Source: Desulfatiglans sp. (lineage in GTDB: Bacteria; Desulfobacterota; DSM-4660; Desulfatiglandales; HGW-15). From it: 64,000 nt of DNA. Positions 63,257 to 64,000 of the stretch are shown here, piece by piece. The position numbers were made by a program, and so were the translations under genes. Each line of letters starts with the position of its first letter. Position 1 is the stretch's first letter. The stretch is from positions 605 to 64,604 of the forward strand of contig JAAZBV010000128.1 of the NCBI GenBank assembly GCA_012513605.1, in the 5' to 3' direction. Below the pieces are notes generated by a model. The model made no database searches. It saw only the letters and a list, made by a program, of their open reading frames with translations, and was not told the DNA's origin.

Positions 63257-64000
63257 GTGTTAAACAATATAAATAAAATATCTTATTTGGATATAGAATC
63301 AGTCACCTGCGGGTACTGTCATTCATGCTGCACTATCCATTATCTGAAACAGGAAGGCGCAAAGGAATACTGCCTTGATCTGATGAGTACCCTTGAACAA
63401 AAGGGCACTATAGATATCCATGCCCCTGAAGGTGAGGCAGACCCGAAATTAACCCTGGGCTATGTAAAAGGAGAGGCAAGGGGACAGATGTTTGGTGTGC
63501 TTGAGTGTCTGGATGCTGATGGAAAATCGCTGTTCTTAAAGGCATTTTCAGGCCAGTATAACGGGGTATGGGATGTAAATGGATGGGCGCCCCCCCTGTT
63601 TGATACTAAAGAGTTTGATTTGATTGTCGATAGTGCTGATAAAGAGATAAAGCGGCTGGGTAACATTATCAATAAACTTTTGAATGAACCAGATAGGCAT
63701 CAATTGATATACAAGCGGAAAAGGTTGTCGCAGGAACTTATGAAAGAGATACACGCGCTCTACCGGGTGAATAATTTCAGGTCAGAGGCGAGGCCCCTTA
63801 CCGATTTTTTTAAAAATGGGATACCGGCAGGCGCGGGTGACTGCTGCGGTCCCAAGCTTTTAAATACAGCCGCTAAAATGGGTCTGCTTCCTGTATCCCT
63901 TGCAGAGATATTCTGGGGTGAAACAAATCTTTCAGGGACACGCATGCAGGGTAATTTTTATGGCCCGTGCAGGGAAAAGTGCCTGCCCTTAATTGGTTTT
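63257..64000 (+). CDS. Partial CDS (the 3' end lies outside the window): N-terminal region resembling long RluA-family pseudouridine-synthase-like proteins
   Basis: Open frame from GTG 63257 (or TTG 63287) to the window end; it is absent from the ORF track because it has no stop. GQMFGVLECLDADGKSLFLKAFSGQYNG...GWAPPLFD and GDCCGPKLLNTAAKMGLLP..EIFWG...FYGPCREKCLPLIGF match my recollection of that N-terminal domain. Confidence 0.45.
   Translation, partial: MLNNINKISYLDIESVTCGYCHSCCTIHYLKQEGAKEYCLDLMSTLEQKGTIDIHAPEGEADPKLTLGYVKGEARGQMFGVLECLDADGKSLFLKAFSGQYNGVWDVNGWAPPLFDTKEFDLIVDSADKEIKRLGNIINKLLNEPDRHQLIYKRKRLSQELMKEIHALYRVNNFRSEARPLTDFFKNGIPAGAGDCCGPKLLNTAAKMGLLPVSLAEIFWGETNLSGTRMQGNFYGPCREKCLPLIGF

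Overview
This 64-kb window is densely coding and has the gene content of a strict or facultative anaerobe. It carries a glycyl-radical enzyme, a UGA-encoded selenoprotein, a tungsten-type aldehyde:ferredoxin oxidoreductase, a NapH-like polyferredoxin and Tat-exported flavoproteins. The taxon cannot be fixed from the sequence alone. About 55 credible CDS fall into five blocks. (1) 542-9418, minus strand: an MFS transporter, a flavodoxin/2x[4Fe-4S] fusion, a UGSC-motif selenoprotein (the ORF track splits it at an in-frame TGA), a PFL2-type glycyl-radical enzyme with no activase in the window, and two secreted paralogs of unknown function. (2) 11990-36299: a large arabinofuranoside/L-arabinose locus. 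It is a roughly 20-kb co-directional array: LacI-type regulator, araD, two GH51 arabinofuranosidases, two type-B carboxylesterases flanking an OYE flavoenzyme, two near-duplicate Tat-FAD oxidoreductases, an atypical Nramp-like protein, a NapH-like polyferredoxin and a YtfQRT-YjfF-type furanose ABC importer. A kinase-HAD-araA operon runs divergently from it, and the shared control region has mirror-image promoters that each abut a perfect GCGTTATCGATAACGC palindrome. (3) 36433-43162: GST, AOR, a MoaD-like Ubl, a reversed-order hydroxyacyl-CoA dehydrogenase/enoyl-CoA hydratase fusion, and a third secreted paralog. (4) 43242-50327: NupC, a sigma54-driven glnK-amt-porin operon, UbiE/MenG, and ThiF/MoeB with a second MoaD-like Ubl and an MBL hydrolase. 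(5) 50400-64000: housekeeping and miscellaneous genes (B3/4 and HD pair, ABC-2 exporter, MoeA-like protein, orphan dCache histidine kinase, gamma-CA-like protein, MFS, URO-D-like protein, lipoproteins, and a partial pseudouridine-synthase-like gene). Intergenic regions carry several families of short GC-rich palindromic repeats, and a decayed RAYT-type transposase remnant lies at the left edge. No rRNA, tRNA or CRISPR array was recognised. The most interesting candidate is the orphan glycyl-radical enzyme / selenoprotein / flavodoxin-ferredoxin / MFS cluster. The second is the Tat-flavoprotein / Nramp-like / NapH-like module inside the arabinose locus.
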